Virus record (IMG/VR): IMGVR_UViG_3300028423_000356
Span: 1-64,000 of that record
Length of the DNA stretch: 64,000 nt
Source of the DNA: a virus
Strand: one strand, 5' to 3'
The notes beneath the pieces were generated by a model. It was not told the DNA's origin. It saw only the letters and a list, made by a program, of their open reading frames with translations, and ran no database searches. A program made the translations under genes and the position numbers. Positions 47,101 through 56,900 of the stretch are shown here, one piece after another; within the stretch, counting starts at the first letter, position 1, and each line of letters starts with the position of its first letter.

Positions 47101-49515
47101 GGAACAGTCTTAGGAACTCAAGATTTAAATTCAAGGGTTGAATGGGGTAGAACTACACGTGGTAGATTGTTAAACACCACAACCAGAAGGGGTGGAAATA
47201 CAAGAACTACTACTAGAACATTTGAAACGATTCAATCTGGTAGAAGAATAACAGATACTGCAGCGGCTGTGGTAACTGGTTTCTCCACAATAAGAGAAGT
47301 TGTAGGTGATAAATTAATTTCAAGAACCTTAATACCTAAAATGCGTTCACAAAAAATATTCTTTAGGGGTGGAGGATTAAGACCTAACACAAGATTATTC
47401 CCATTCTTTGGTGGAGAAGACATTTCAGAGTGGTGTATTGGTTATGGATCTGAATCTGAATATAATTCTAATAGATTACAATCAAGAGATTCAGATTATT
47501 CCTCAGGTTTTGAAAGTGTAGAACAACATCCAGATGTCCCAACACCTTTATACACTAATGATAGGGGTGAAGTTTATGGTTCTTTCTTCTTACCATCAAC
47601 AGAAGTTGAATCATATCAAACAGGAACTAAAGAATTTAGACTTCTTGATATTTCATCTTATGAAAATAGAGATGATTCTATAACTTGGGCATCAACAAAC
47701 TATAGTTCAATAGGATACTTAAATACAAGACAAAGAACAATTTTATCAACACGTATTGTAAACATTGATACAAGAAGATCAACAAGAGTCGATACTATAT
47801 CAAGAAGAGACACTACAACTAATGTTACCACAAGACAAGTTGGTGGTGGTGGCGACGGTGGTGGCGGAGGTGGTCCTGATGATCCCTTGGCACAAACATT
47901 TACGGTCGATGAAGAATATGGTGTATACCTTACTGGTGTTAAATTGTATTTCGATACAGTTGCAACATCAAATGAAGTTCCTGTATTTGTTCAGATAAGA
48001 CCAACCGTAAACGGTTATCCTTCTGCTGATAGTGTTATTCCTGGAACAACAGTAATTAAAGGACCAAATGATATTAACTTACCTGGTCCAAATCAAGGTC
48101 CAGTAGAAACTTATTTTGAATTTGAAGCACCAGCTTATTTAAGTGGTAATGGTACTGAATATGCAATATGTGTGTTAAGTAATTCAAATGAGTATAATGT
48201 TCATGTTGGTGAAGCAGGTGAGTTTTTAATAGACTCAAATGGCAATATATCAACCGAAAGAAGATTAAGAAGACAACCAACCCTTGGTTCATTGTTCAAG
48301 TCACAAAATTCAAGAACTTGGGAACCTGACCAAACAAAGGACTTAATGTATACCTTGACAAGAGCACAATTTGAAACAAGTGGTTCTTATGTTGTTAAAG
48401 GAACATCAACTCCAACAATTATGTATAATACAAATGAACTATATACTGAACTAGGACAATCAACAATTTATGTTGTAGATCCTTCACATGGTTTTAATGT
48501 TCATGACAAAATCAATGTTTCAATTCCGAATATATCACAAAACATATCATTTAATGATATTAATGGTATTACAACTTCTCAAATGGAAGGTTTGAGAACT
48601 GTGGAATATGTTGATGCGAATGGTTATAAGTTTTTAACAAGTGGTGTAGCAAATGCATCAGCATTTGGACCTTCAAATGGTGTTGTTAGTCTCGAAACAC
48701 AAAACAAATATAATGTTGGTATGTTAAAAGCAATCACACTTGATTTAGAAGGAACTGTTTTAACATCTGAAGCAAGATTTACAAAGGTTGGTATAAATGA
48801 AGGTTCAAATGAACCAAACTACATTAAATATAATGAGTTTACGCCTATAAGCACCAATAAAAACATTTACTTCGATGAAGAAATGTGTAACATAACAAAA
48901 ACTAATGAGCAATATTTAACAGATGAAAATGGGTTTATAAGTGACGGGACAAATTCAATTGATGTGAAGTTTAATTTTGAATCTATATCAGATTTTGTTT
49001 CACCATTAGTTGACTTAGAAGGGTTGAACTTCGCAACTATCCATAATGTAATTGATAATCACACTGATGGTGATGATTTGGGTGACATAATGTTCCAACG
49101 TTCTGAAACTTATCCTAATATAGGAACTGGTGTTGCCAAACATGTTACAAAAGTGACATCATTAGCACAAACAGCAACAGGATTGAAGATATTACTATCT
49201 GCTCATAAACCATCTGAAGCATCGTTTGATGTGTATTATAGAACTAATAGTAACAAATCAATTGATAATGGAAATATCTTAAGTCAAGATTGGATACTCG
49301 TTGAACCTGAAGTTATACCACCAAGTGATGAAAACCCAAATGTTTATCGTGAGTATAGATATCTTCCAACTGAACTTGATGTTGGTGACGAAAACTATGA
49401 AGTTGGTTATATGAAGGATTTCGACCAATACCAAATTAAAATCGTTATGAAATCATCAAATACAAGTAAAGTTCCTATGTTTAAAGATTTGAGAACAATA
49501 GCACTATATGACTAA
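44107..49515 (+). CDS. VrlC/DUF4815-like large virion structural protein
   Basis: YxDDF..YHRILF..LQARELTQLQT, PGADRY and DPLAQTF motifs. Confidence 0.88.
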   Translation: MAEKFTSNTFNEVYKDDFNADDNYHRILFNSGRPLQARELTQLQTIIQEELYRFGSHIFREGASVNAGNVTCTNVEYIRLNTEFYPLPENISDIIGDTFISDTTQFEFVVNDVLEEVYDSDGVTLSEPATLIISYTGSNLDSDVTVRDSDGEYITPKRIISEEVLNQESGDVTLKVETLIENAQYPVAGQGTKLAVETGDFFAAKHFVESNEQSIYLSKYVSLVNTTVGFKVIQDIVTVDDTVDLYDNQGDTPNLTSPGADRYRIRLVLEEEKNVNSEDNFIPIATVENSIVVSQINQGVNEIYNKLGDNIARRTYEESGDYIADRFTLRFEEGDSDNAVNFVVSPGIAYINGYRAEINRDEVISVNKPRKTQLFTEETVPVEYGNYLLMETNGSKGLPDISTFEELTLKKGRDFLDSDMGTVRVRSIEKDGDDLRFYLFDFNILPGQRESEISSIGSSTNNYFNVNKDFNNTRTIRKDVSGNDLLFNFPNAYVANILEQPTSFVAQRQFNETTNSSGEVTIGTSGSSDKFTDSTLWIASKENGELVNITNNPTLNQSTTTLVLEDDLGLVTNQNVTILTYVFKEDAQPRAKSKNEITETLTPDLNGNITLSNADIINVIDILDSDENGSDLSGRYSVDNGQRDNYYGLGKLNLIPGSTPPSNNVYIKYEYYSHGNGDFFCINSYPEKDNVETYGDIPVYTSETGDEIPLRDVVDFRPTQSSDGSFSNININELPRNTDLFQTDVNYYMPKNAKVVINESGVVDVIEGKDAMDPKMPTTPPTALDLYLVEMAPFMITPKDLGVTAVEAKRYTMKDIGDLEERLANLEETTALSMLELSTSSFQVLDNDGNIRTKSGFYVDNFVDQSRAKVDDVEYRASIDPSRQIMRPSFRASAIKLVPFEQSNNNVNAEISGDFIHLKIKDREVVYQEQPFATGTENVNPFSVVSKRGVVTLSPSKDTWMETRYLTDKITYGDDKFNVDQNQLWDNWSWNWTGNEKVGTVLGTQDLNSRVEWGRTTRGRLLNTTTRRGGNTRTTTRTFETIQSGRRITDTAAAVVTGFSTIREVVGDKLISRTLIPKMRSQKIFFRGGGLRPNTRLFPFFGGEDISEWCIGYGSESEYNSNRLQSRDSDYSSGFESVEQHPDVPTPLYTNDRGEVYGSFFLPSTEVESYQTGTKEFRLLDISSYENRDDSITWASTNYSSIGYLNTRQRTILSTRIVNIDTRRSTRVDTISRRDTTTNVTTRQVGGGGDGGGGGGPDDPLAQTFTVDEEYGVYLTGVKLYFDTVATSNEVPVFVQIRPTVNGYPSADSVIPGTTVIKGPNDINLPGPNQGPVETYFEFEAPAYLSGNGTEYAICVLSNSNEYNVHVGEAGEFLIDSNGNISTERRLRRQPTLGSLFKSQNSRTWEPDQTKDLMYTLTRAQFETSGSYVVKGTSTPTIMYNTNELYTELGQSTIYVVDPSHGFNVHDKINVSIPNISQNISFNDINGITTSQMEGLRTVEYVDANGYKFLTSGVANASAFGPSNGVVSLETQNKYNVGMLKAITLDLEGTVLTSEARFTKVGINEGSNEPNYIKYNEFTPISTNKNIYFDEEMCNITKTNEQYLTDENGFISDGTNSIDVKFNFESISDFVSPLVDLEGLNFATIHNVIDNHTDGDDLGDIMFQRSETYPNIGTGVAKHVTKVTSLAQTATGLKILLSAHKPSEASFDVYYRTNSNKSIDNGNILSQDWILVEPEVIPPSDENPNVYREYRYLPTELDVGDENYEVGYMKDFDQYQIKIVMKSSNTSKVPMFKDLRTIALYD

Positions 49516-49526
49516 AGAGTGAAATT

Positions 49527-49745
49527 ATGAATTATAAAAAAGTTGAAAATAAAGATAATATGGTACGCGACCCAGAGTCGGGTGCCATACTTTATATAAA
49601 TAATAGTGAAAACACACGTGAAATCAAAAGACGTAAAAGAATTGAACGAAAAGAACAAGAACAATTAAAAAATGATTTTAACGATTTAAAAAATGAAGTT
49701 GGTGAAATAAAGGAATTGTTACTACAACTAATAGAAAAGAGATGA
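49527..49745 (+). CDS. Small conserved coiled-coil protein
   Basis: KVE..VRD.SGAI; usual position after VrlC-like genes. Confidence 0.7.
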   Translation: MNYKKVENKDNMVRDPESGAILYINNSENTREIKRRKRIERKEQEQLKNDFNDLKNEVGEIKELLLQLIEKR

Positions 49746-49749
49746 ATCA

Positions 49750-51693
49750 ATGACAAATGAATTTGATGGATACAGAGAAAAACAATATTCTATATTAGCT
49801 GACACTATTAATGAGTTTAGAATAAAACTAAATAAAGTTGCTCATTCTGTTGGAAGTTTGAGTGATTTAAATCCTGAATTTGTTAACGATTCAGATGTTG
49901 TGGATGCATTAAATAACCTTTTTTCTCAAGATTCAGATTTACAAAAACAAATAGATGATTTAAAATTAGCTGATTCTGATTTACTACAACTAATCAACAA
50001 TATTGATGCAGGTGGTGGAACAGGTGCTGATAGTGATTGGGTTTTACAACAAGATTCAGATATATACGCCACTATTTCAAACTTGAAGTTAAAAGATTTA
50101 TTTGATGTTGATGATTATACAGGAAATGTTACGGTCGGAGATATAATTAGATGGGATGGTAATTCTTGGTATACGACAGAATTAAATGATTCAGATACAC
50201 TTGATGATGTTAACCAAAGAGGTAATGTAACAACAAGAGAAATAATATTACCAAAAATTAAAATTAATAAATCGGGTGTTAACAGTGGTATAGAATTAAA
50301 TGATAGTGATAATCCAAATAATGGAAAACTTAATGTATTTTTAGATTCTGATGATAGTAATGTTATCATTAATACAGATGGTATAGATGAAATTAAAACA
50401 AAAGGTGAAGGTGATTCAGATTTAAATAGGTTATTAACTAATAGTCCAATAGGATTAGATGGTGGTTATTACACTAAAGGTTCTCAAATAAATTCAGGAG
50501 TAACTAAAACACCAGGATTAGTTATAGGTAATAACGCAAATATAACTCTTGATAGATATCAAAAAATAGAATATACACCATCTTTCCTAACTCAATGGTC
50601 TAATGATTTTGGGGGGACTTTTTATACTGGACATCCTGGAACTTATTTAAAACAAGATGGACTTGTAATTGTAACTGGTCATGTTGTAAATGGTTCCTTT
50701 AATATCACATTTGATACCACTGGGTTTGACGGCACTGCTGCACTTGGATCTGGAACAATTTATATTGATTGTATAGATTCAAATTTCAAACCTATATCAC
50801 AAGATGGATTAATTACACATATAGATCCAACATCAAGATTTATAGTTGGTAATGAACAATTATATCTAACAGCAGTTGAAGAAGGTGAAGATAGCCCCGG
50901 TTTTAACACACCACCTAAATATTGTTTAAAATTAATTCGTAGTGATGGTTCATCTGTTAGTTTTGGAGACCCAGAAATAGTAAATGGTGTAGGTGATTTA
51001 TCATTTTCATATAGTTACATAAGTGATACAATCAATTTACAAGATCCAGTTTTCAGATTATCTTCGAATGCTGGTGAGGATAGAACCGTTTATGAGGGTA
51101 GACAAGTTATTCTTGATGGTAGTGAATCTAAAACAATTACAGAATTTGACACATATCTTTGGGAACAATTATCTGGAGAACTTGTCACTTTAAGTGACAT
51201 TAATGCTGTTCAACCAACTTTCACTGCACCATTATTAGACTCTTCTGGTGAAGATAAAATATTAGATTTTAGATTAACTTTAAGTTATAATAACGGAGAA
51301 ATCGTTGATAGTGATAGAGTTAAAATAATAGTATCTTCTGCACAACTTGGAACTATTATAATGTGGTCTGATACAATTGACACTATACCAGATGGTTGGG
51401 TTATTTGTGATGGTAATAACGGGACTCCTGATTTAAGAGATAGATTTATTGTTGGTGCAGGTAGTAATTATTCCGTTGGTGATATTGGTGGTGCTAATGA
51501 AGTTACATTAAGTGTCAATCAAATTCCACCACATACCCATGAAGTTCCTGATGGGACAACAGGTGGGGGTTCTGGAGCACAAAATGGTCCTTTAACTGGT
51601 GACACACTTTCATCACAATCAACTGGTGGTGGACAACCACATGAAAATAGACCACCATATTATGCATTAGCATATATAATGAGAGTTGGTTAA
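49750..51693 (+). CDS. Tail fibre/adhesin with a PKD-like domain and a C-terminal tail-collar domain
   Basis: NAGEDR..LDGS; IPDGWVICDGNNGTPDLRDRF..HENRPPYYAL. Confidence 0.8.
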   Translation: MTNEFDGYREKQYSILADTINEFRIKLNKVAHSVGSLSDLNPEFVNDSDVVDALNNLFSQDSDLQKQIDDLKLADSDLLQLINNIDAGGGTGADSDWVLQQDSDIYATISNLKLKDLFDVDDYTGNVTVGDIIRWDGNSWYTTELNDSDTLDDVNQRGNVTTREIILPKIKINKSGVNSGIELNDSDNPNNGKLNVFLDSDDSNVIINTDGIDEIKTKGEGDSDLNRLLTNSPIGLDGGYYTKGSQINSGVTKTPGLVIGNNANITLDRYQKIEYTPSFLTQWSNDFGGTFYTGHPGTYLKQDGLVIVTGHVVNGSFNITFDTTGFDGTAALGSGTIYIDCIDSNFKPISQDGLITHIDPTSRFIVGNEQLYLTAVEEGEDSPGFNTPPKYCLKLIRSDGSSVSFGDPEIVNGVGDLSFSYSYISDTINLQDPVFRLSSNAGEDRTVYEGRQVILDGSESKTITEFDTYLWEQLSGELVTLSDINAVQPTFTAPLLDSSGEDKILDFRLTLSYNNGEIVDSDRVKIIVSSAQLGTIIMWSDTIDTIPDGWVICDGNNGTPDLRDRFIVGAGSNYSVGDIGGANEVTLSVNQIPPHTHEVPDGTTGGGSGAQNGPLTGDTLSSQSTGGGQPHENRPPYYALAYIMRVG

Positions 51694-52470
51694 TTTATAT
51701 AAATATATAAAAGGTATAGGAAATAATTATGGCGGAAACAACAACTTCAAATGTCCCTTTAGGTGGTATTATAATATGGTCTGGATCATTTGAAACTATC
51801 CCAGATGGTTGGGGAGTTTGTGATGGTGCTAATGGAACACCTGATTTAAGGGATAGATTTGTTCAAAGTAATGGTAATATATACAATGTTGGAGACATTG
51901 GTGGCGCCAATGAAGTAACACTAAATATAAATCAAATTCCACCACATTCTCACGATGTCCCTAAAGGTAATACTGGTGGTGGAATAGGTGTACAAAATGG
52001 ACCTTTAACTGGCGGAACACTTACAACACAATCAACTGGTGGTGGACAACCACATGAAAATAGACCACCATATTATGCATTATATTATATAATGAAACTA
52101 TTTGATTCCGAAATTGATATAGTTATAATACCTTCAAATGGAATAATTCTTTGGCCCAACACAATTGGATCAATCCCTAGTGGTTGGGTATTTTGTGATG
52201 GTAATAACGGAACACCCGATTTAAGAGACAGGTTTGTTGTTGGTGCAGGTAATAATTATTTTGTAGGTAACACGGGTGGTGTAAGTGAAGTAACACTAAA
52301 CATAAATCAAATTCCACCACATTCTCACGATGTCCCTAAAGGAACAGTAGATGGTGGTGAAGGGGTACAAAATGGACCTTTAACTGCTGGTGTTGTAACA
52401 TCACAATCAACTGGTGGTGGACAACCACATGAAAATAGACCACCATATTACTGTTTAGTTCATATGATGA
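51346..52470 (+). repeat. Three tandem tail-collar-encoding repeats spanning two genes
   Basis: Identical 49-nt block at 51614, 52027 and 52402. Confidence 0.85.
51698..51705 (+). promoter_or_regulatory. T4-type late promoter
   Basis: TATAAATA. Confidence 0.7.
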
Positions 52471-54638
52471 GGGTGAATGTTACACCCACAGCAGATGCTG
52501 GAACAAATCAATCAGTTGATGAAAATACCACAGTTACATTAGATGGTTCTGGTTCAACTGATCCAAACACTTCTGAAGGTGACGTATTATCATATTCTTG
52601 GACACAAACTGGTGGGACAAGTGTAACACTATCAGATCCAACTTCTGTATCACCCACATTTACAGCACCAAATTTATCTGAAGGTTCTGTAAGTGAAACA
52701 TTAACATTTAGTTTAACAGTTACAGATTTGGAAAATGAATCATCAACAGACACAACACAAGTTGTTGTAAATGAAGTGACTGACGTTGGTCCAACTGCAC
52801 TATACAATATTTCAATTACTGATCCAGATAGTAATACAACAACTTTCAACAATCAAGATAATTCAACCTTTAACGATAGTGATGGTGTATTTGCCGAAAC
52901 ATCTACAAATTCAGGTTCAACTATTATTCTTAATGGTTCCCCATCTTCAGATGCTGATGGTGATTTAATTTCATATGAATGGACACAAATAAGTGGAACA
53001 TCAACATTAATCAGTGGAACATTAACAACAGAAGAAATCACATTTGATATACCAACTGGTTCTGAAGGTGAAAATATTGATATACAATTAACAGTATCTT
53101 CAACAAATGAACAATCTCAAGAAACTAAATCTGATACATCAACTGCAACATTCATTGTAGGTGATTATACAACTTTTAATGGTAGTAGTTCACCAACTGG
53201 TGAGAATCAAGCGCCTATTGCAAATGCAGGTGTGGATCAATCTATCACATATACACCTAATACAAGTTTTACAATTGATTTAAATGGAACGTCTTCAACT
53301 GACTCTGATTTAGGAACATTATCATATCAATGGGATGAAATAACAGGAATATTAACAAGTAATGGTATAAGTATTTCAGATGCAAATACATCAACACCAT
53401 TTGTGTTCTTTGACGGTGGTTTACCAGCGGAAGAATCACCTATAAATTTGGAATTTAGATTAATTGTAACAGATAATGGTGGATTAACAGATTCGGATAG
53501 AAGTTTAGTATCATTAACTGCTGACAATACCCAAAACCAACCACCAATTGCAAATGCAGGTGTGGACGAAACTGTAACTGAAGGAAGCACTGTCACATTA
53601 GATGGTTCAGGTTCCAGTGATTCAGATATTTCAACACTATCTTATCAATGGACACAAATAAATGGTATATCAGTAACTTTAAATAATTCAAATACATCTG
53701 TTGCTTCATTCACTGCACCTCAAGTAACTCAAAATGAAACATTAACATTCAGATTAACTGTTACAGATAGTGGTGGATTATCTTCAACTGATGATGTTGT
53801 AATAACAGTTCAAGAACAAGCGGAAGTGTTGGTTACTAACCAAATAGAATTGACTTCAAAATATAATAGTACGGGTAACCCCAGAATAGTTAATTCTGAC
53901 ACTGTGGGTATTTTATCTAGAGACACATCCATACTAAGAGATTTTTCATCTGTATCTAATGGTTCAATAGAATCAAGACTTTGGGAAATAACAAGTGATG
54001 GTGGAACTGGTGCTTCATTTTTAAATGGTGATGATACATCAGAAATTGTTTACATTTCAATACCAGATGTTACAGGAAGTGGTACACCTATTGATATTAA
54101 ATTAACATTAACTGATGACCAAGGTGGACAACATGTAGGAACAACAACTTTAGTAGCAACAGATTTCCAAGCGTATGCAACTGTTAACACACAAGGTACA
54201 CCAGATCCGAATGAAAATGAACCAGTTAATCTTCTGGCAACAACAACAATATTCTCAGCAGCAGGTTCATTATACTCATTATCAGCTAATTTACCTAATA
54301 TTGAGGTGACTAATGTTGATTGGACACAAACTCAAGGGACTACTGTTACATTAACTAAAATAACACCATCAAATCAAGATACAGTTGACCCATTCTATGA
54401 TCCCCAAGAACCTATATACCCATCTGGTTACGATGAAACTCAAACTTTAAGTAGTGCTTATCCACCAACTTCTGGAGAAGGTGGTGCAGTAACACTCACA
54501 ACACCAAACATACCAGGAACGGAAACACAACAGGAGATTATAGATTTTAATGTGTCAATGACAACTCCTTATGGCGAATTAACTGCAACAACATCAGATA
54601 TAACTGTTATAAATCCTGATTATATACCCCCAGAATAA
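51729..54638 (+). CDS. Fibre/adhesin with two tail-collar domains and multiple PKD/Ig-like repeats
   Basis: PxANAGxD..LDGSxSxD..Y.WTQ repeats. Confidence 0.85.
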   Translation: MAETTTSNVPLGGIIIWSGSFETIPDGWGVCDGANGTPDLRDRFVQSNGNIYNVGDIGGANEVTLNINQIPPHSHDVPKGNTGGGIGVQNGPLTGGTLTTQSTGGGQPHENRPPYYALYYIMKLFDSEIDIVIIPSNGIILWPNTIGSIPSGWVFCDGNNGTPDLRDRFVVGAGNNYFVGNTGGVSEVTLNINQIPPHSHDVPKGTVDGGEGVQNGPLTAGVVTSQSTGGGQPHENRPPYYCLVHMMRVNVTPTADAGTNQSVDENTTVTLDGSGSTDPNTSEGDVLSYSWTQTGGTSVTLSDPTSVSPTFTAPNLSEGSVSETLTFSLTVTDLENESSTDTTQVVVNEVTDVGPTALYNISITDPDSNTTTFNNQDNSTFNDSDGVFAETSTNSGSTIILNGSPSSDADGDLISYEWTQISGTSTLISGTLTTEEITFDIPTGSEGENIDIQLTVSSTNEQSQETKSDTSTATFIVGDYTTFNGSSSPTGENQAPIANAGVDQSITYTPNTSFTIDLNGTSSTDSDLGTLSYQWDEITGILTSNGISISDANTSTPFVFFDGGLPAEESPINLEFRLIVTDNGGLTDSDRSLVSLTADNTQNQPPIANAGVDETVTEGSTVTLDGSGSSDSDISTLSYQWTQINGISVTLNNSNTSVASFTAPQVTQNETLTFRLTVTDSGGLSSTDDVVITVQEQAEVLVTNQIELTSKYNSTGNPRIVNSDTVGILSRDTSILRDFSSVSNGSIESRLWEITSDGGTGASFLNGDDTSEIVYISIPDVTGSGTPIDIKLTLTDDQGGQHVGTTTLVATDFQAYATVNTQGTPDPNENEPVNLLATTTIFSAAGSLYSLSANLPNIEVTNVDWTQTQGTTVTLTKITPSNQDTVDPFYDPQEPIYPSGYDETQTLSSAYPPTSGEGGAVTLTTPNIPGTETQQEIIDFNVSMTTPYGELTATTSDITVINPDYIPPE

Positions 54639-54646
54639 TATAAATA
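54639..54646 (+). promoter_or_regulatory. T4-type late promoter
   Basis: TATAAATA. Confidence 0.7.
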
Positions 54647-54658
54647 AAGAGAAAAACA

Positions 54659-55012
54659 ATGGCTAAATACGACGAATTTGAAATAGATCAAGGAGCAGAC
54701 TTCGCAATGGAAATTCATCTTGAAGAACAAGATGGAACCGTTAAAGATTTATCAAATTATTTCGTGGAGGCAAAAGTTAAAAGAACATACAATTCTGATA
54801 GTGATAATACATTTAATTTTAATGCTATAATTGCTGAACCTGAAACAGATGGTATTATTACATTGGAGTTAAACAATCAACAAACAGATACTATGAAAAA
54901 AGGTAGATATGTTTTTGATGTAGAAATATCATTCATAGACAGTGATAACAACACAATTATAGAACGTGTGTTAGAAGGTGTGATGAATGTAAAACCATCA
55001 GCAACGAGGTAG
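54659..55012 (+). CDS. Virion structural protein (Ig-like adaptor)
   Basis: IDQGADF..GRYVFDVE..RVLEG. Confidence 0.7.
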   Translation: MAKYDEFEIDQGADFAMEIHLEEQDGTVKDLSNYFVEAKVKRTYNSDSDNTFNFNAIIAEPETDGIITLELNNQQTDTMKKGRYVFDVEISFIDSDNNTIIERVLEGVMNVKPSATR

Positions 55013-55016
55013 AAAA

Positions 55017-55241
55017 ATGAGTTCAAGAAGAATATCTAAACCAGTTGTTAGAAAAGTTGTTGTTGGTACACCAGTTAGAAGAGTGAAATCAGTTCAGGGT
55101 GTTGAAAATCTTAACGAATTAAAAGATGTAAATTCAAACACTCTTACAGATAATGCTGTTCTAATATGGGATGAAGAAACAGAAAAATGGATACCCAAAA
55201 CTGAACTAAATGGCCAAATAATCAGTGGTGGGGAATATTAA
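55017..55241 (+). CDS. Small virion-associated protein
   Basis: LxELxDV..VL.WD...KW..GGxY. Confidence 0.65.
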   Translation: MSSRRISKPVVRKVVVGTPVRRVKSVQGVENLNELKDVNSNTLTDNAVLIWDEETEKWIPKTELNGQIISGGEY

Positions 55242-55271
55242 TATATTAATAAAAATTTATAGGAGAATATT

Positions 55272-56819
55272 ATGGCTTCAACAATTCTAATTAAGCGTTC
55301 CCAGTCAGCAGTTGCACCAAGTGTACTGAATTATGGTGAAATGGCTTACTCATTTGGATTAGAAAGACTTTATGTCGGTGATTCAGATGGAACAATAAAA
55401 ATTATTGGTGGTAAATCATTTACAGACTTACTAGACCACACACCAGGAACCCTTACAGCAAGTTCTGCATTGTTAGTAGACGCACAAGGTAAAATAGATA
55501 CATTACTTGTAGATGACTTAACACTGGATAGTAACGAAATTTCTACTCCAAATGGTGTAGATCTTGTTCTTAATTCAGGTAACAATGTTGATGTTAAAAA
55601 CACCAAAATTGTAAATCTAATTGACCCAACTAACAATCAAGATGCAGCAACCAAAGCATATGTAGATAATAGTGTAGGTGGATTATCAGCATCTTTAACA
55701 ATTACAGATGGAACTAATTCAGATACAGTTTCATTAGCAGATTCAGATTTATCACTTGTTGGTGGTACAGGATTAACTTCAAATGTTTCAGATAATACTG
55801 TAACATTCAATCTTGAAGACACTTCAGTTACAGCAGGAACTTACGGTAACTCAACAACAGTAGAAATTCCAATTATCACTGTTGATGCACAAGGTCGTAT
55901 CACATCCGCTTCAACTTATAATATTCCACCACTAACAATTAATGTTAATGATGGAACCGATTCAGATACCATTGATTTAATCGATTCTGATTTATCATTT
56001 GTTGGTGGAACTGGTATAGATGTTACATTAAACTCTGGAACAAACACTTTTAACATTTCAGGTAATGATGCAACAACTACTACAAAAGGTATTGCATCAT
56101 TTAACTCTTCAGATTTCTCTGTTGTTGCAGGTGCAGTATCAATTGCAGATGGTGGCGTATCAAATACACAACTACAAAACTCATCATTCACATTAGGAAC
56201 AGATGTAGTTAATCTTGGTGATACAATCACTGATATTAATGGTCTAACAAGTTTAGATGTTGATAATCTAACTCTTGATGGCGCAACAATAACTTCATCA
56301 ACAGGAACAGTAACAGTAGGTGATAATTTAATTGTTAATGGTGATTTACAAGTTAATGGAACACAAACTGTTGTGAATTCAACTGTAGTAGAAGTTGAAG
56401 ATATCAATATCGAGATTGCAAGTAACGTTTCTGCAGATTCAGATTCATTAGCAGATGGTGCTGGAATTACAGTTGGTGATAATGTTGCAAATGTGACTTG
56501 GAATTATGGTTCAGGTAATTCATTCTGGGATATTTCCAACCCACTAATGGTAACATTAAATGGTGCAACTAATCAAGATGCAATAAATGTTAGAGATTCT
56601 GCTGGTGACACATCACCAACTTCATTCTTTGAAATTATATTAACAGAAGGTTTCTTAGCAGGTGAAGGTATTGATTTATCTTATTCAGCAAACCAGTTAA
56701 CAGTTTCAGCTGAAGTAGCATCAACAACAAATCTTGGTGTTGCGTCTTTCGATTCTGATGATTTCAATGTTAATAGTGGTGTAGTTACACTCAACACAAT
56801 TGATGGTGGAACTTACTAA
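55272..56819 (+). CDS. Tail fibre-like protein
   Basis: ILIKRS..L.YGE.A, DAATKAYVD, TVDAxGR and IDGGTY motifs. Confidence 0.8.
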   Translation: MASTILIKRSQSAVAPSVLNYGEMAYSFGLERLYVGDSDGTIKIIGGKSFTDLLDHTPGTLTASSALLVDAQGKIDTLLVDDLTLDSNEISTPNGVDLVLNSGNNVDVKNTKIVNLIDPTNNQDAATKAYVDNSVGGLSASLTITDGTNSDTVSLADSDLSLVGGTGLTSNVSDNTVTFNLEDTSVTAGTYGNSTTVEIPIITVDAQGRITSASTYNIPPLTINVNDGTDSDTIDLIDSDLSFVGGTGIDVTLNSGTNTFNISGNDATTTTKGIASFNSSDFSVVAGAVSIADGGVSNTQLQNSSFTLGTDVVNLGDTITDINGLTSLDVDNLTLDGATITSSTGTVTVGDNLIVNGDLQVNGTQTVVNSTVVEVEDINIEIASNVSADSDSLADGAGITVGDNVANVTWNYGSGNSFWDISNPLMVTLNGATNQDAINVRDSAGDTSPTSFFEIILTEGFLAGEGIDLSYSANQLTVSAEVASTTNLGVASFDSDDFNVNSGVVTLNTIDGGTY

Positions 56820-56826
56820 TTTCGGT

Positions 56827-56834
56827 TATAAATA
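56827..56834 (+). promoter_or_regulatory. T4-type late promoter
   Basis: TATAAATA. Confidence 0.7.
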
Positions 56835-56846
56835 GTAATATAACTT

Positions 56847-56871
56847 AAGGGGAGTTTTTACTCCCCTTTTT
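56847..56871 (+). terminator. Intrinsic terminator-like hairpin
   Basis: AAGGGGAG-TTTTTA-CTCCCCTTTTT. Confidence 0.75.
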
Positions 56872-56900
56872 AGAATTAACCTTTTTTAAGGAGTTAGATA

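Noticed and set aside
47130-47880. Arg/Thr-rich and Gly-run segments in the VrlC-like protein as a foreign insertion
   Set aside because: Low-complexity variable segments before DPLAQTF are, as far as I recall, usual in this family.
51346-52470. Diversity-generating retroelement template/variable repeat pair
   Set aside because: Differences are not confined to adenines, all copies are coding, and no reverse transcriptase is present in the window.
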